DNA from: Barthelona sp. PAP020
Taxonomy: Eukaryota
Reading direction: 5' to 3'
Length of the DNA: 58,060 nt
NCBI GenBank assembly: GCA_040182905.1
Contig: JARQWU010000036.1
Location: 1 to 58,060, forward strand
This document shows positions 43,783 to 55,200 of the stretch, piece by piece. The notes beneath the pieces are model-generated. The model did no database searches, was not told where the DNA came from, and saw only the letters and a program-made list of their open reading frames with translations. A program made the position numbers and the translations under genes. Each line of letters opens with the position of its first letter. The first letter of the stretch is position 1.

Positions 43783-45345
43783 ATGAATGATTTTATCATT
43801 GATAGCGAAATAGCAAATCCAGGAAAGCAAATGGATGGGGAAACAACTGTGAGTTTAAGAAATTTGGTCAGTGGTTTATGTTCAACAAAATCAGATATGT
43901 TTCCTGGATCCCAAGTTGTTTCATTAGATTCCGATGGATTATTAACTTTAGGATCACAAGAATATCAAGTTTGTGAAAAAACAGATGGTGTGAGATTTTT
44001 ATTGTTGATAAAAAACAATAGATCTTTCTTTGTGGATAGAAATTATAATTTTTTTGAAGTTACTGTATTAACACCTTTATTGCCTGAAGAATTTGAAATA
44101 TACAAACGCTATCCAATACATGAAGAAACAATAGTTGACGGAGAATTGGTAAAAGATGTTTATAATGAAAAACAAATGTTAGTGTATTATGTGTTTGATT
44201 GTTTAGTGTATAATGGTAAAAATATTATGGACAAAGATTTAAATTATCGAAGAAAATGTGGATATAATGTGGTTAAAGCAAGAAAGCTTTTAAAAGATGT
44301 GATATTGAAACGAACCAATAAAAATATTGAAGAAATTTACGGAAAATATTCGAAACACATGTATTCATACTTTAAACAAAAGAAAAATGAAAGTTTTTCA
44401 TTGGTTTTCAAACCTTTCTATTCTTTAAAACACACTCAAGAGATTTTTGAAAAGATTCCATCTCTACCTCATGAAAATGATGGCTTAGTATTTACTCCTG
44501 TCTTTGAACCATATGAACCTGGTACATGTCCATCTTTATTGAAGTGGAAACCTTCAGACAAGTCAACGGTTGATTTTCTATTGTGTGGATCAAGTGTTGT
44601 CTATGATGGTACTGTTGTTTACCAATTACACACGTTTAATCGAGGAATTAGACAAGCTTATGATTGGATTACTATTCCTCAAACAACATTAGATAAAATT
44701 GATGCCGCATACAGCAAAAATCTCATAAAATTGTCTGAACCCATAGTTGAGTGCAGATATGATCCTGAACAGATGACCTTTATTCCTCATGGTAGTTTAT
44801 TTGATTCGTCATTTACTCGTCCCAATGGAACAACAGGGTTTGAAGGTTTCCCTGGTGAATGGCGTAAAGGAGGTTGGATAGTGGATCGAGTAAGAAATGA
44901 CAGAAAGATGGGAAATGATCTTAGAGTTGTAAACAAAATTAGAATGAGTTTAGATAACAAGATTTCAGAGGAGAAACTTTTAAATTTCTTAGATTCTTTG
45001 AAAAAAAAGAAGGATGCTACACCGAATGAAGAGGATGATGGTTTCATCGAATTTTTACAGACTCAATTTCCACATCACTATTCATGGATGCAAAGTGAAA
45101 ATATGAGTTCTTTTCCTTATACTCCAGAAGAAATGAGAAATTTATCATTAATTTCTCAAAATCTTAAAGTGTCGAAACCACTTCCTAAACCTGTATTGAA
45201 GAACAACACCACTTTTCTTATTACTATGAACCAAGGACAATTTGGCTTTGGTGAAAATAACAATGCAAAAATTGGTGGCTTATTGAAAATGCCAAAGAAT
45301 GAAGAAGACAATCGATTAAGATTAAATTCTGACAGAGAGTTGTAA
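43783..45345 (+). CDS. mRNA capping guanylyltransferase (stand-alone, Ceg1-type)
   Basis: FPGSQVVS, EKTDGVRF (motif I), DGELV, VFDCL, ENDGLVFTP, LLKWKP, IVEC, RNDR. No N-terminal HCxxGxxRT triphosphatase domain. Probable start at 43783. Confidence 0.9.
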   Translation: MNDFIIDSEIANPGKQMDGETTVSLRNLVSGLCSTKSDMFPGSQVVSLDSDGLLTLGSQEYQVCEKTDGVRFLLLIKNNRSFFVDRNYNFFEVTVLTPLLPEEFEIYKRYPIHEETIVDGELVKDVYNEKQMLVYYVFDCLVYNGKNIMDKDLNYRRKCGYNVVKARKLLKDVILKRTNKNIEEIYGKYSKHMYSYFKQKKNESFSLVFKPFYSLKHTQEIFEKIPSLPHENDGLVFTPVFEPYEPGTCPSLLKWKPSDKSTVDFLLCGSSVVYDGTVVYQLHTFNRGIRQAYDWITIPQTTLDKIDAAYSKNLIKLSEPIVECRYDPEQMTFIPHGSLFDSSFTRPNGTTGFEGFPGEWRKGGWIVDRVRNDRKMGNDLRVVNKIRMSLDNKISEEKLLNFLDSLKKKKDATPNEEDDGFIEFLQTQFPHHYSWMQSENMSSFPYTPEEMRNLSLISQNLKVSKPLPKPVLKNNTTFLITMNQGQFGFGENNNAKIGGLLKMPKNEEDNRLRLNSDREL

Positions 45346-45738
45346 AAAGGTTTTTTTTTTTGTTTTTTTTATATTGTTTTGATACATTTTTTTTTGATGA
45401 ACTGATTGAAAAGATTTTTAAAGACAATCTTTTTTTGTCAAACTTACAATTATTTTTCATTGTATGCTTTGAAATATTTTATTGCCTTAACATTTGATTA
45501 TTTACAATAAAAAAAGAAAAAAAAATTTTTCACTAAACAAATTTTTTACCACATGATTAAACCATTCAAAAATTGGTAATTTTACAGAAGGAAAAAAAGG
45601 ATAGATTTTGAAGGTGAAAATGATAAATGATTCAAAACAAATCTTTGACAATCTTTCCCAAATGGTCTTTTTTTCAAGAAAAAAATTGTTTAACGATTAA
45701 AATCATATTAAAGAGATATATTTGATATTTGAATTAAC

Positions 45739-47001
45739 ATGAAGATGAAAAAAATTTCTTTTTTGCATTTAATGCTAATCTTTTTTTTCCTAATTTCTAT
45801 CAAATGCAAAGTTTATTCGAATTGGGTGTTGAACAAAGAAGTTTTGTTTTATGATTTAAGTGATTTTAAAATTGATGATGGGGATACATTTACTAATATT
45901 CCATTTTTTGCTCCTATTAATGGCAAATATACTTTACATTTGGTTGTTAATTCAATAAGTTATAAAATTAGTAATTTAGCTTCTTGTTATGTCCATTTGT
46001 TTGGTGAATTTAGCATAAGCCCAAATCTAATGACTTCTGATTTACAGTCGGCTTGCGAAACAATTTATGCAAGTCGTTATTCAATGAACACTGCCGAATT
46101 TCAGGAGGATTATGAGTTGTATCCACTTGGAGGATTTGAGATAATTGCTTCCCAAACCAGTTATAGGACTTTAAACTATCTTTCAAGATATTCTTATGAT
46201 CTAAAAGTTCAAAATAGATTGTTTAAATTAAGTTGTGTGTATCAAAGACATTACAAATATGGTAATATTAAAGTAGCGTTTGGAGTTGAAATCTTTATCA
46301 AACCCTACATCATGCAGAATAATCGCTTGCCTTGTGGTGATCCTATTGAAGGATATAGATTGACTTATCACGTATCTGAACTTTGGGACGATACAGATTC
46401 AGCCAAACAGCATTTGTGTTCTACTGTCTTACAAGCTAAAGGATTAGAACATTTTTCAACATATTATTTGAAACCGATTGGATTTTTCTTTGATAGTTAC
46501 ACCTTCTATTTGTTTAAACAGGCAGAAGGAGCAGGTTACATCACTGAAAAAACGCTTAAATACAAGAATACTGGATTAGAAGCATTTATATATTTTTTAA
46601 AAGATGAAGCAGGAACAAATTCCTTGAATGATTTAAGACCACTGATATTTGGGGGTGATTTTAGAAATACAGACAATGAAATTGATTGGTTGGTTTGTTA
46701 TAATGCCATATCAGAAAGTGGAAAACCTGTTAAATGTCTTACAATTTTCGATGTATATGGGCAGTCTCTTTCTGTTGGCTTTAATTTTACAAAGGCATGG
46801 TACATCAAAGACATGGGTGGTGATAGTATTACAAGTACGTATAGACTTGAACAATATCAACCTTACCGAAAAGATGATAAATGGGCTTTGATAAAGTTTT
46901 CGATGCATGACAAGGCAATATATATAAAGTTATTTGAATATATTGAAGCAGATGCAGGTTTAGCTCCATTTATTCAAACCAATTCTGATTTGCATTCATA
47001 A
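45739..47001 (+). CDS. Orphan 420-aa protein with N-terminal signal peptide, Tyr/Phe-rich
   Basis: Uninterrupted ORF with MKMKKISFLHLMLIFFFLISIKC signal-like start. No family recognised. Confidence 0.7.
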   Translation: MKMKKISFLHLMLIFFFLISIKCKVYSNWVLNKEVLFYDLSDFKIDDGDTFTNIPFFAPINGKYTLHLVVNSISYKISNLASCYVHLFGEFSISPNLMTSDLQSACETIYASRYSMNTAEFQEDYELYPLGGFEIIASQTSYRTLNYLSRYSYDLKVQNRLFKLSCVYQRHYKYGNIKVAFGVEIFIKPYIMQNNRLPCGDPIEGYRLTYHVSELWDDTDSAKQHLCSTVLQAKGLEHFSTYYLKPIGFFFDSYTFYLFKQAEGAGYITEKTLKYKNTGLEAFIYFLKDEAGTNSLNDLRPLIFGGDFRNTDNEIDWLVCYNAISESGKPVKCLTIFDVYGQSLSVGFNFTKAWYIKDMGGDSITSTYRLEQYQPYRKDDKWALIKFSMHDKAIYIKLFEYIEADAGLAPFIQTNSDLHS

Positions 47002-47519
47002 AAGTCTCTAACTTACGTGTGTTTGTTTATTTTCTTTTTTGTTCTTTTCTTCAGGTCAGATTTTGTCGAATAACTATCGCAAAGAAAGTAAACTCAGAAA
47101 ACTTATTCAAGCAAATTTCAAGGAAAACCCCTTGGAGGGGGAGGGAGATCGAGGGAATGAAATGTAATTTTAACTATTAGATAGGAGAATTTCGGAGAAA
47201 TTCTTCATTCCTATTTTTAGATTTTTGCAAAAGCAAAATTTAAAAGTTTGAACTTTACCTCAGAAAATCTAAAGTTTTTCAACAGATAAATAGGGTCTTC
47301 AAAGACTTTGACCAAATAAACACTGTTTATTAGATATTTATGATGTATGAGTTGTTCAGTGAACAACGAAACGAGTTAGCTTAAGGTTTGGGAAAAACTC
47401 ACGTGGATTCAGATGCCTAAGTAACTTAAAAAATTGGACGTAGAGATGGTCCAGAAACAACAAATAAAGGAAGTGATATTTGATGACCTCTTTATATCTC
47501 CAATAAATTCCGTTCATTG

Positions 47520-48133
47520 AACATGAACTTCCACATTTATTTTAATTGTGAAAGAAACAGATGATCTCTTAAATTAGATTTTTGTTTTAAATACTTGAAA
47601 ATGCTCAAGTTACTTATCTGCCAATTTTGGAATTTAGGTTTTTTCATTTTAATGTTTATGCGTTTAAAGCTAATAGCCTAAAACAATATCTCAACAATGA
47701 AGACTCCCAAATGGAAAAAAAAGAGAATTGTTCACAAGGAGACTATTTTCTAACAGGTCGATTTTTTCAATTCTTCCTTTTTTTCTTGAACACGAAACTT
47801 CACCATCAACTTCTCCAAAATTTTTGACCTTTTACAAGTGAACCGCAAGGAACTTTGTACATTTAAGATGAATCTCAAGAATATCGGAGCCTTTGTGCTC
47901 TTTTGAACAACAAGTACTGCAAAGAATTTTTCATACCCCATAGGACAGCCATCTCAACTGGACAGCCTTTGAAATAAAAGATTTAAGACTGAGCGATTCT
48001 TGAAAGGAACCCTGGACACGCCATCACCTCCAAATATGAATGAAGATAAAGGCTTATTATTTATGAATCACCTGAGGCACCAGTTCTCAAGTTAGGAAAA
48101 TTTTGGAAAACGTTTCATACAAAGGAAAAATAA
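47520..48133 (+). pseudogene. Decayed copy B of the unidentified gene (coding-like relics may extend back to ~47280)
   Basis: ILENAQVTYLPIL...QYLNN...ENCSQGDYFL/FSILPFFL/RNF..FSKIFDL...KNIGA/SFEQQVLQ.../ERFLKGTLD...NEDKGLLFMNHL/PVLKLGKFWK...KEK* (TAA 48131-48133). Collinear with the reverse complement of 2054-2700. Confidence 0.7.
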
Positions 48134-48178
48134 AAATAAAATAAAGACAATTTATAAAAGAAAACCACACTTTTTAAA

Positions 48179-49416
48179 CTATTTCACTTCAGAAGTAGAT
48201 TTAAACTTAGTTACGGCCTTGCTTAAATTATACAACAACTCTCTTGCATCTTTTGTAGTACCCTCCTGTTCCATGCCACTGATAACAGCAGCTTGTTTGA
48301 GGAAATATTCCAAATCATTTTCTGGATTGCATTTATTGGTTAATCTGGCTAATCTAACTCCTGGTGAGGCCCATTCAGCATCTAAATCAAATAGATCTAA
48401 TGCGGGTGCTGGAAGTTCTCTCAGAGGAACTGGGAAAGTGGCCGGCTTTAATGGATACAATGGAACTTCAAACTGAGGTTTGATCAAAGTCAATGGCTCA
48501 TGAGGAAGCTTTAATTCTTCATATAATTTAATTGTCTCTGGCCATAATGAAAGATCAAATTGGAACAGTTCATCATCTAAAAGATCTTTATCTGATTTCG
48601 GTTCATTTGTCTTTAAACTAGATCTTGTGTCTGTAGCTAATTGCTCTACTCTTGCTACATGAACATAATCAAATAACTCAGGCGCTGAAGCATCAACAGA
48701 ATTCAAAGAAACACCATCATTCAAAAGCCAACGAAATAGAGATAAAGTCAGAGGCATATTTTTTTCTTTTTCTATCCATTGATCTTGTATCATTTCATTA
48801 CTACCTACAACTAATAACCTACCTTTAGATGCATGTTGATATACACCACAAATAGGTCTTTCAATTGGATGACAAGCAACACCTGATTTTAAAACTGGAA
48901 AAGCAGGTTTTTGAACGGCCAAAGAACATCCATTTACATAAACAAATTGCAATTCTTCTTCATTCAAGTTTGTTGTTTTATGCAGTTCTCTATTAAGAAT
49001 ACCATCATTTATCAATGCTTGTTTTGGATGTAAATATTTGGAATAAACTATTCGGACTATAGTATCATCATTTGCAGAAATCCCAAAATTCTCCAAGAAA
49101 AAATTAATATTTTGATTAATATCATAATTATTACTCAAAAAAAAAGCAATATTTCCACCATTGTGCAAATAATTTTTTAACAAGTCAAACTCTTGTGTGG
49201 TAAATCCTTGATTAGGACCTGGAAAAATCATCACTTCAGTTTCATTTAATAATTCTGATGAAATTGGCTGTTGATTCCTGAAGATTAGTAAACTAAATAG
49301 AAATAAAATTAAAAATACATTTCAACTGGTCTAAATGAACGTAATTTTCTAGATAACGCTCTTATATTTGCTCCTTCTCCTTTCGAAAGGTTAAAAACGA
49401 TATTCTTCTCAACCAT
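48179..49416 (-). CDS. IFT52: Intraflagellar transport protein 52 (398 aa; exons 49416-49319, 49277-48179)
   Basis: IVFNLSKGE...LSRKLR; YSKYLHPKQALINDGILNREL; FVYVNGCSL.VQKPA; PHEPLTLIKPQFEVPLYPLKPATFP..LRELPAPALDLFDLD; RLARLTNKC. Confidence 0.92.
49278..49318 (-). other. Spliceosomal intron, 41 nt (IFT52)
   Basis: GTATTT...ACTAATCTTCAG, phase 2. Confidence 0.85.
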
Positions 49417-49538
49417 ACAACAAGAATAAAAATGATTTTCGAACTGCTTTTTTAATTTTTTTGTTGACACCTTTTTTGAGCTTTTCCTGGGAAATTTTCA
49501 AAATTTATTGATTAAATAATATGTATATAATAAAAAAA

Positions 49539-50582
49539 CTAACGATTACGAACTTTATTTTTCAAACTGAATTCCTTTTCAATCAACGAATTTTTGAATT
49601 CATCCAAACTCTTTTTATATTCTTTAATACTATCCATTTCTTCCTGTAAAGCTGCAATTTGTTGAGCTAATCTCTTGTTTAAAAGGTCATTAATTTTCTC
49701 TCTCAATTTCATTTCCTGATATTCCAAATTGCAGCCAAAAGTAGAAACCAAGTCAATTTTTTCAGGGTCAAAATCTTGCAAATCTTTTTGAATGTAATTT
49801 CTCACTGCATTTTTGGCAACAGTAATCAACTCTGCTGGAATTGTTTTTTCCATTTCTTCAATGATATTATCCAAAGAAACATCTCTTGAATTGCCTAACC
49901 TGATATTATTTGATATTTTTTTGATGATAATTTCATCAGAAATGGGTAAACGAATAAATTCCTCAATTGCTTGTTCAGGGGTGATATTGAATTCTTGAGC
50001 AATCATGTCCCAATTCAACCCATATTTTTTTAATGCATTGATAAACATCTGACTTCTCATTTGATCTTCCTTGATGGGCTCAATCTGAGATGCCTCTTTT
50101 TTTGAATAAATGTCAACCAAATCAACTTGTGGAATAGTTTTACTTAACTCTGGGGGCTCTAAATATGCGGCTTCAACTTTATTATTATGTTCAACACAAT
50201 TACAATTGATTAACCCCCAAAATTCTAGAAAATAGTGAAGTTGAAAGATTGAGCCAACATCACCAGGAATACATCTTCTAACTGCTGTAGGGGTCAAATA
50301 TGTAATTGGATTGGCTCTCCAACATTGAATGATGAACTCTCTTCTCTCTATATACAATTGATCTTCTTTAGTTGAACAATTCTTTAAAAAATGAAAATGA
50401 TTTCGTTCAACAGTTGATATACTATTTGGATTATACCATTGACATGTCGGAGGTAAAACAATTTTTGGTCTTTCAAGAGGTTGATTTTCCATGTCCATCA
50501 CCATGGTTTCCATTGGAATATCTTCGTTGGGAGGACGCTTCACATCCATATTTTCAGTAAAATATTGCGACCCAAATGACAT
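49539..50582 (-). CDS. SWI3/SMARCC-like chromatin remodelling subunit (SWIRM, degenerate SANT, coiled coil)
   Basis: WYNPNSISTVER...YIERREFIIQCWRANP..YLT.TAVRR.IPGDV...LHYFLEFWGLIN; ALKKYGLNWDMIA...FIRLPI.D. Confidence 0.85.
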   Translation of the reverse strand: MSFGSQYFTENMDVKRPPNEDIPMETMVMDMENQPLERPKIVLPPTCQWYNPNSISTVERNHFHFLKNCSTKEDQLYIERREFIIQCWRANPITYLTPTAVRRCIPGDVGSIFQLHYFLEFWGLINCNCVEHNNKVEAAYLEPPELSKTIPQVDLVDIYSKKEASQIEPIKEDQMRSQMFINALKKYGLNWDMIAQEFNITPEQAIEEFIRLPISDEIIIKKISNNIRLGNSRDVSLDNIIEEMEKTIPAELITVAKNAVRNYIQKDLQDFDPEKIDLVSTFGCNLEYQEMKLREKINDLLNKRLAQQIAALQEEMDSIKEYKKSLDEFKNSLIEKEFSLKNKVRNR

Positions 50583-50648
50583 ATTTTGTTTTGAAAACAA
50601 AAAAAAAAGAATTTTTTTTAATTGTGTTTTGACAGTTAAATAGTGTCA

Positions 50649-52085
50649 ATGTCTTCACAAATGAATTACGATTTGAACGATATGGATTTTGCCACTCCTG
50701 TTGTTCCTAAAGCGTCATTAGAACAAAGATTGTGTGTACATGCATTAATGGATGGATGTGTTGATGCATTTGTTGAGTTTTTTACCTTATCACATCCTGA
50801 ACCACCATGTATTGGACCTTATTCTGATTATCCGGAACATTCTGAAAAAGTGGTGAAAAATCCGAAATTTGTGCAGCAATGGTTGGTGCAATTGGAAAAA
50901 AGTGTTAGAATTGGAGATTTTGTCCTAATTCACAGTTCTTTTTCTTCATTGTTGGATTATTTTGTTTCTGTTGGAAATTTGGACAAAGCTTTGGAATATG
51001 CCACACAAAAAATTGATCATGCATATGAAAATGGGCTTCAATTCGATGAGGCAATCGGTAGAGTAACTTTTAGTCTAATATTGTATGTGAAAGGTAATAT
51101 CCATGAAAGTATTAGTGGCATTGAGTCTGCAATTTCTTTATTTAAGATGATTCCCAGTGAACGTAGACCTACACAATGGAGCGATGAACTGTTGAGTGCC
51201 ATTCAAAAATTGTTTTTATTGAAAGAATTTGAAATTTCATTATTGAAGCCTAAATTATTTGTAAAGAAACCTGAAATGCCACATATCGTTGGAATACCTC
51301 ATTTTCATGCAGAAAACACACGACTATTAAATTCTTTTGACAATGAATTGAGCAGAACTAAATTGAACATCGAAGAATTATGTAAGACTCTTCTTGATTT
51401 AGCTATCGAATTACATGACTTCGATAAAGTTATAACTTCTTGTGACACCCTTGTAGAATTGTATAATTCAGAAGGTCAATATCATTTAGCCATTGAATAT
51501 TTGCATCATGAATATGTATTAGCAAGAACACATGATAAACATGAGCTAATTGCAAAATATAGCGCCAGATTGGCAGAATTGTATCAACAGATTGCCAATT
51601 ATCCAAAATCAAAAAAATATTTGAAAATATCTTTCTTTTACTCGAAAGACACAAACAAAAACACGTTGAGATCTATTGGCAAGATGTTTGCTGAATCTGA
51701 CAGTTCATCTGCTGAAATCTTTCTCAAATCATCTTTTAAAGAAGCCTCTGAAGAGCTAAATTTTGATGATGCCAATTATTCTAAAGTTCAATTGGGTTTG
51801 ATCCGCATGACAAAAAACTTTGATGGGGTTATCAACTCATATCTTGATGTTTTAAAGACTGATACACTTACACCTTTGCAGAAATGGGCAATAGCTCCAA
51901 AAACACAAATTATGGAAGCTTTAAAGTGTGAAGAGTCTCAAAATCAAGATAAGGAAAGTCATGATGAAATAGAGGATGAGATATCACAAAAACAAAAAGA
52001 AATTGAAAGCTTATTTGACGATAATATGGCCGAGGATGATTTAGATTTGTCAGATATTGACTCAAATGAATTATTAATTAATTAG
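50649..52085 (+). CDS. TPR protein, TTC29-like (flagellar)
   Basis: LCVHALMDGCVDAFVEFFTL resembles TTC29 ICVDMLRDG..KSF.ELF.L. TPR-like helices follow, with an acidic tail. Confidence 0.55.
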   Translation: MSSQMNYDLNDMDFATPVVPKASLEQRLCVHALMDGCVDAFVEFFTLSHPEPPCIGPYSDYPEHSEKVVKNPKFVQQWLVQLEKSVRIGDFVLIHSSFSSLLDYFVSVGNLDKALEYATQKIDHAYENGLQFDEAIGRVTFSLILYVKGNIHESISGIESAISLFKMIPSERRPTQWSDELLSAIQKLFLLKEFEISLLKPKLFVKKPEMPHIVGIPHFHAENTRLLNSFDNELSRTKLNIEELCKTLLDLAIELHDFDKVITSCDTLVELYNSEGQYHLAIEYLHHEYVLARTHDKHELIAKYSARLAELYQQIANYPKSKKYLKISFFYSKDTNKNTLRSIGKMFAESDSSSAEIFLKSSFKEASEELNFDDANYSKVQLGLIRMTKNFDGVINSYLDVLKTDTLTPLQKWAIAPKTQIMEALKCEESQNQDKESHDEIEDEISQKQKEIESLFDDNMAEDDLDLSDIDSNELLIN

Positions 52086-52262
52086 TCCAATTAACAAAGA
52101 ATAAATTATGTATACGTCTTTTTTTGTGTATTTATTTCTCTCAAATATAATTTGAAATATTATGGGAATGAAAATGAACAACTAAATTTCAATCTCAATA
52201 AAAGAAAAGAACAAAAGAAAAAAATTTTTATTTTCGACATTAGTCTCATTTCACCTTTCATC

Positions 52263-55200
52263 ATGATGGATAATATGAACAATAATTGTATTCCACCTGA
52301 TAATGAAAGGTTATTATCATTAGCAGCCCCACATATTGATTCTTTCAACTTTTTTTTGGGAGAAGGTATTAAACTTGCAATTGAAGCTTTGCCTTCATAT
52401 TTTGTTGAAGAAGAATCAAATCCTGATGTTGAAATATGGATTGATTCTGTCGAGTTTGAAAAACCCAAACTTTTGCAGGGAGGAAAGAGTTTGTCCTTGT
52501 ATCCACATGAATGTCGTCAATTGAATTTAACATATGGAGGAAACATTATTGTTAATATGGGACGTAGAGTTGGAGATGAAGCTGTTCAATATTCTACGAG
52601 AAGTTTAGGACAGATTCCGTTCATGATCAAATCCAACCTTTGTCATCTTTATAAAAAATCAACTGAACAATTGGTTGAATTGGGAGAAGAACTTCATGAA
52701 ATGGGGGGATATTTTTTGATTAACGGATTGGAAAGATGTGTCCGTTTATTAATAGCTAATCGTCGTAACCATCCTTTATGTGTCAAAAGATCTGCTTTTC
52801 AAAAGCGTGGTGCCAATTATACTGAATATGGTGTGATGATGCGTTGTGTTGCGAATGATGAAACTGCACACACTGTTGTTTTACATTTATTGAATGACGG
52901 TTCAGCAACCTTGCGTTTTTTACTGGATAAGACTGAATATTTCATCAATGCCATTGTTTTATTGAGATGTTTCCGTGAAACAAATGACAAAGAGATATTT
53001 GATTGTATTGTTGGTGGTGAAGAAAATCCCTATTTAACAGATCGTCTAGAATTGATGCTTAGTCAATCTCATGAAAGAAAACTATTTTCAAGGGAACAAT
53101 GTTTGAGCTTTTTGGGACAACAGTTTAGACATACGTTGAATTTATCAAAAAAGACAACAGATGCTGATGCTGGAGCTATTCTTTTAGAAAGATTTATTTT
53201 TTGTCATTTACAATCGACAGATGATAAATTCTCTCTTTTATGTCTCCTAATCAGAATGTTGTATGAGTCTGCTCAAGGCAGAATATCTCCAGATAATCCA
53301 GATGCTACATCTAATCATGAGCTTTATTTACCAGGTAATTTGATATTACAAATTGTCAAAGAAAGTTTGGAAGACTATTTGATCACTTCTCAAAGGGCAT
53401 TAAGTGAAGCTATTAAAAATGGCAATTATTCAGGCAAACCATTCAATGTATACACTAACGAAAGTTGGAACCACTTATTAGGTAGAACTTCTGTTAATAT
53501 TGGTAATCGCATCGAATATTTTTTGAGTACAGGTAACTTAAGATCTAGAACTGGGTTAGATTTACCTCAAGTTTCAGGTTTTTCAGTTGTTGCAGAACGA
53601 TTAAATTGGTTAAGATATTTGGCTCATTTTAGAGCAGTTCATAGAGGACGATTCTTCATGGAAATGAAAACAACTGCAGGTAGAAAATTGTTACCTGAAT
53701 CTTGGGGATTTTTATGTGCAGTACATACTCCAGATGGTGCTCCTTGTGGTTTATTGAATCATCTATGTGCAGAATGTCTTATTTCAAAGCATCAAGATCC
53801 TCAAGTGATAATTAATAGTCTTTATTCATTGGGAATCATACCGTCTAAACCTATTACACCGTTAAATGTTGATAAAGTTTTACCTGTGTTGTTGAATGGA
53901 AATGTTATTGGTTGGTTACCAAAGAAAATTGCCTTAAAGACAACAAACAACATCCGAAAATTGAAAAATTCTTCACTATTACCTTCTGGTTTGGAAATTG
54001 CTTTAAGATTAGAACAATTTGGGGTTTTGGATGCTTTGTATCTCTATACAACCAGGTCTAGATTCTTAAGACCAGTAAATAATTTAAAATCAGACACTGT
54101 TGAATTGATTGGCTCACTAGAACAAGTTTATATGGATATTGCTGTTACAAAACCTGAAATCATTGAAGAAGTGACTACTCATTGTGAAATTGACCCAACA
54201 GCAATGTTGTCTGTTGTTGCTCAACTCACACCTTTTTCAGATCACAATCAATCTCCTCGTAACATGTATCAATGTCAAATGGGTAAACAAACAATGGGTA
54301 CTCCTTCTTTAGTGTTGCAAAATCGTAACGATAATAAAATGTATCGTATTCAGAACGTTCAATGGCCAATCGTTCAGAATGTAGCACAAGACCGTTATTC
54401 TATTGATGATTATCCACAAGGTGTGAATGCTATTGTTGCTATTTTATCATTTACTGGTTATGATATGGAAGATGCCTGTATCATTAATAAAAGTGCATAT
54501 GAACGTGGTTTTGGTCATGGTAGTGTTTATTTACATGAAGAAGTACATTTATCTGAACCAGGTTCATCTGTTCATAGAATCAGAGAACATTTTGGTAATG
54601 TTGACAGTAGAGGAAGGAGAATTGTTGAAGAAATTGATGAAGATGGTTTTCCTAGTGTCGGTACTCTGATTAATCCTGGTGATCCCCTTTGTGTATCCAT
54701 TGATCACATTTCAGGAAAACCAAGAATTCATAGATTTAAAAAAAAAGAACCAGCTTTTGTCGAACAAATCGTAATGATTGGTGATCCTCATAATGCAGGA
54801 AGATCTTTACAAAGCGTACGTTTCAAATTAAGAGTAAATAGAAACCCAGTTATTGGAGATAAGTTTTCTTCCAGACATGGTCAAAAGGGTGTTTTGTCTA
54901 TGTTATGGCCTCAAGAACAAATGCCTTTTACTGAACAAGGATTAACTCCAGATTTAATTATTAATCCACATGCTTTCCCATCTCGTATGACCATTGGTAT
55001 GATGATTGAATCAATGGCTGGAAAAGTAGGTGCCTTAACTGGAGAAAAGCAAGATTCAACACCTTTCCAATTTGATGAAGAAAACCCAGCCATTCATTAT
55101 TTTGGAGAGAAATTGAAGGATGAAGGTTACCAATATTTTGGTCAGGAAACGCTATATTCTCCCATTACTGGTGAACAATTTGAAGCAGATATATTTTTGG

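Noticed and set aside
2054..48133. Copies A and B as terminal inverted repeats of a giant element
   Set aside because: The copies are strongly diverged with a coding-type pattern, the interior is housekeeping genes, and no transposase or integrase is present.
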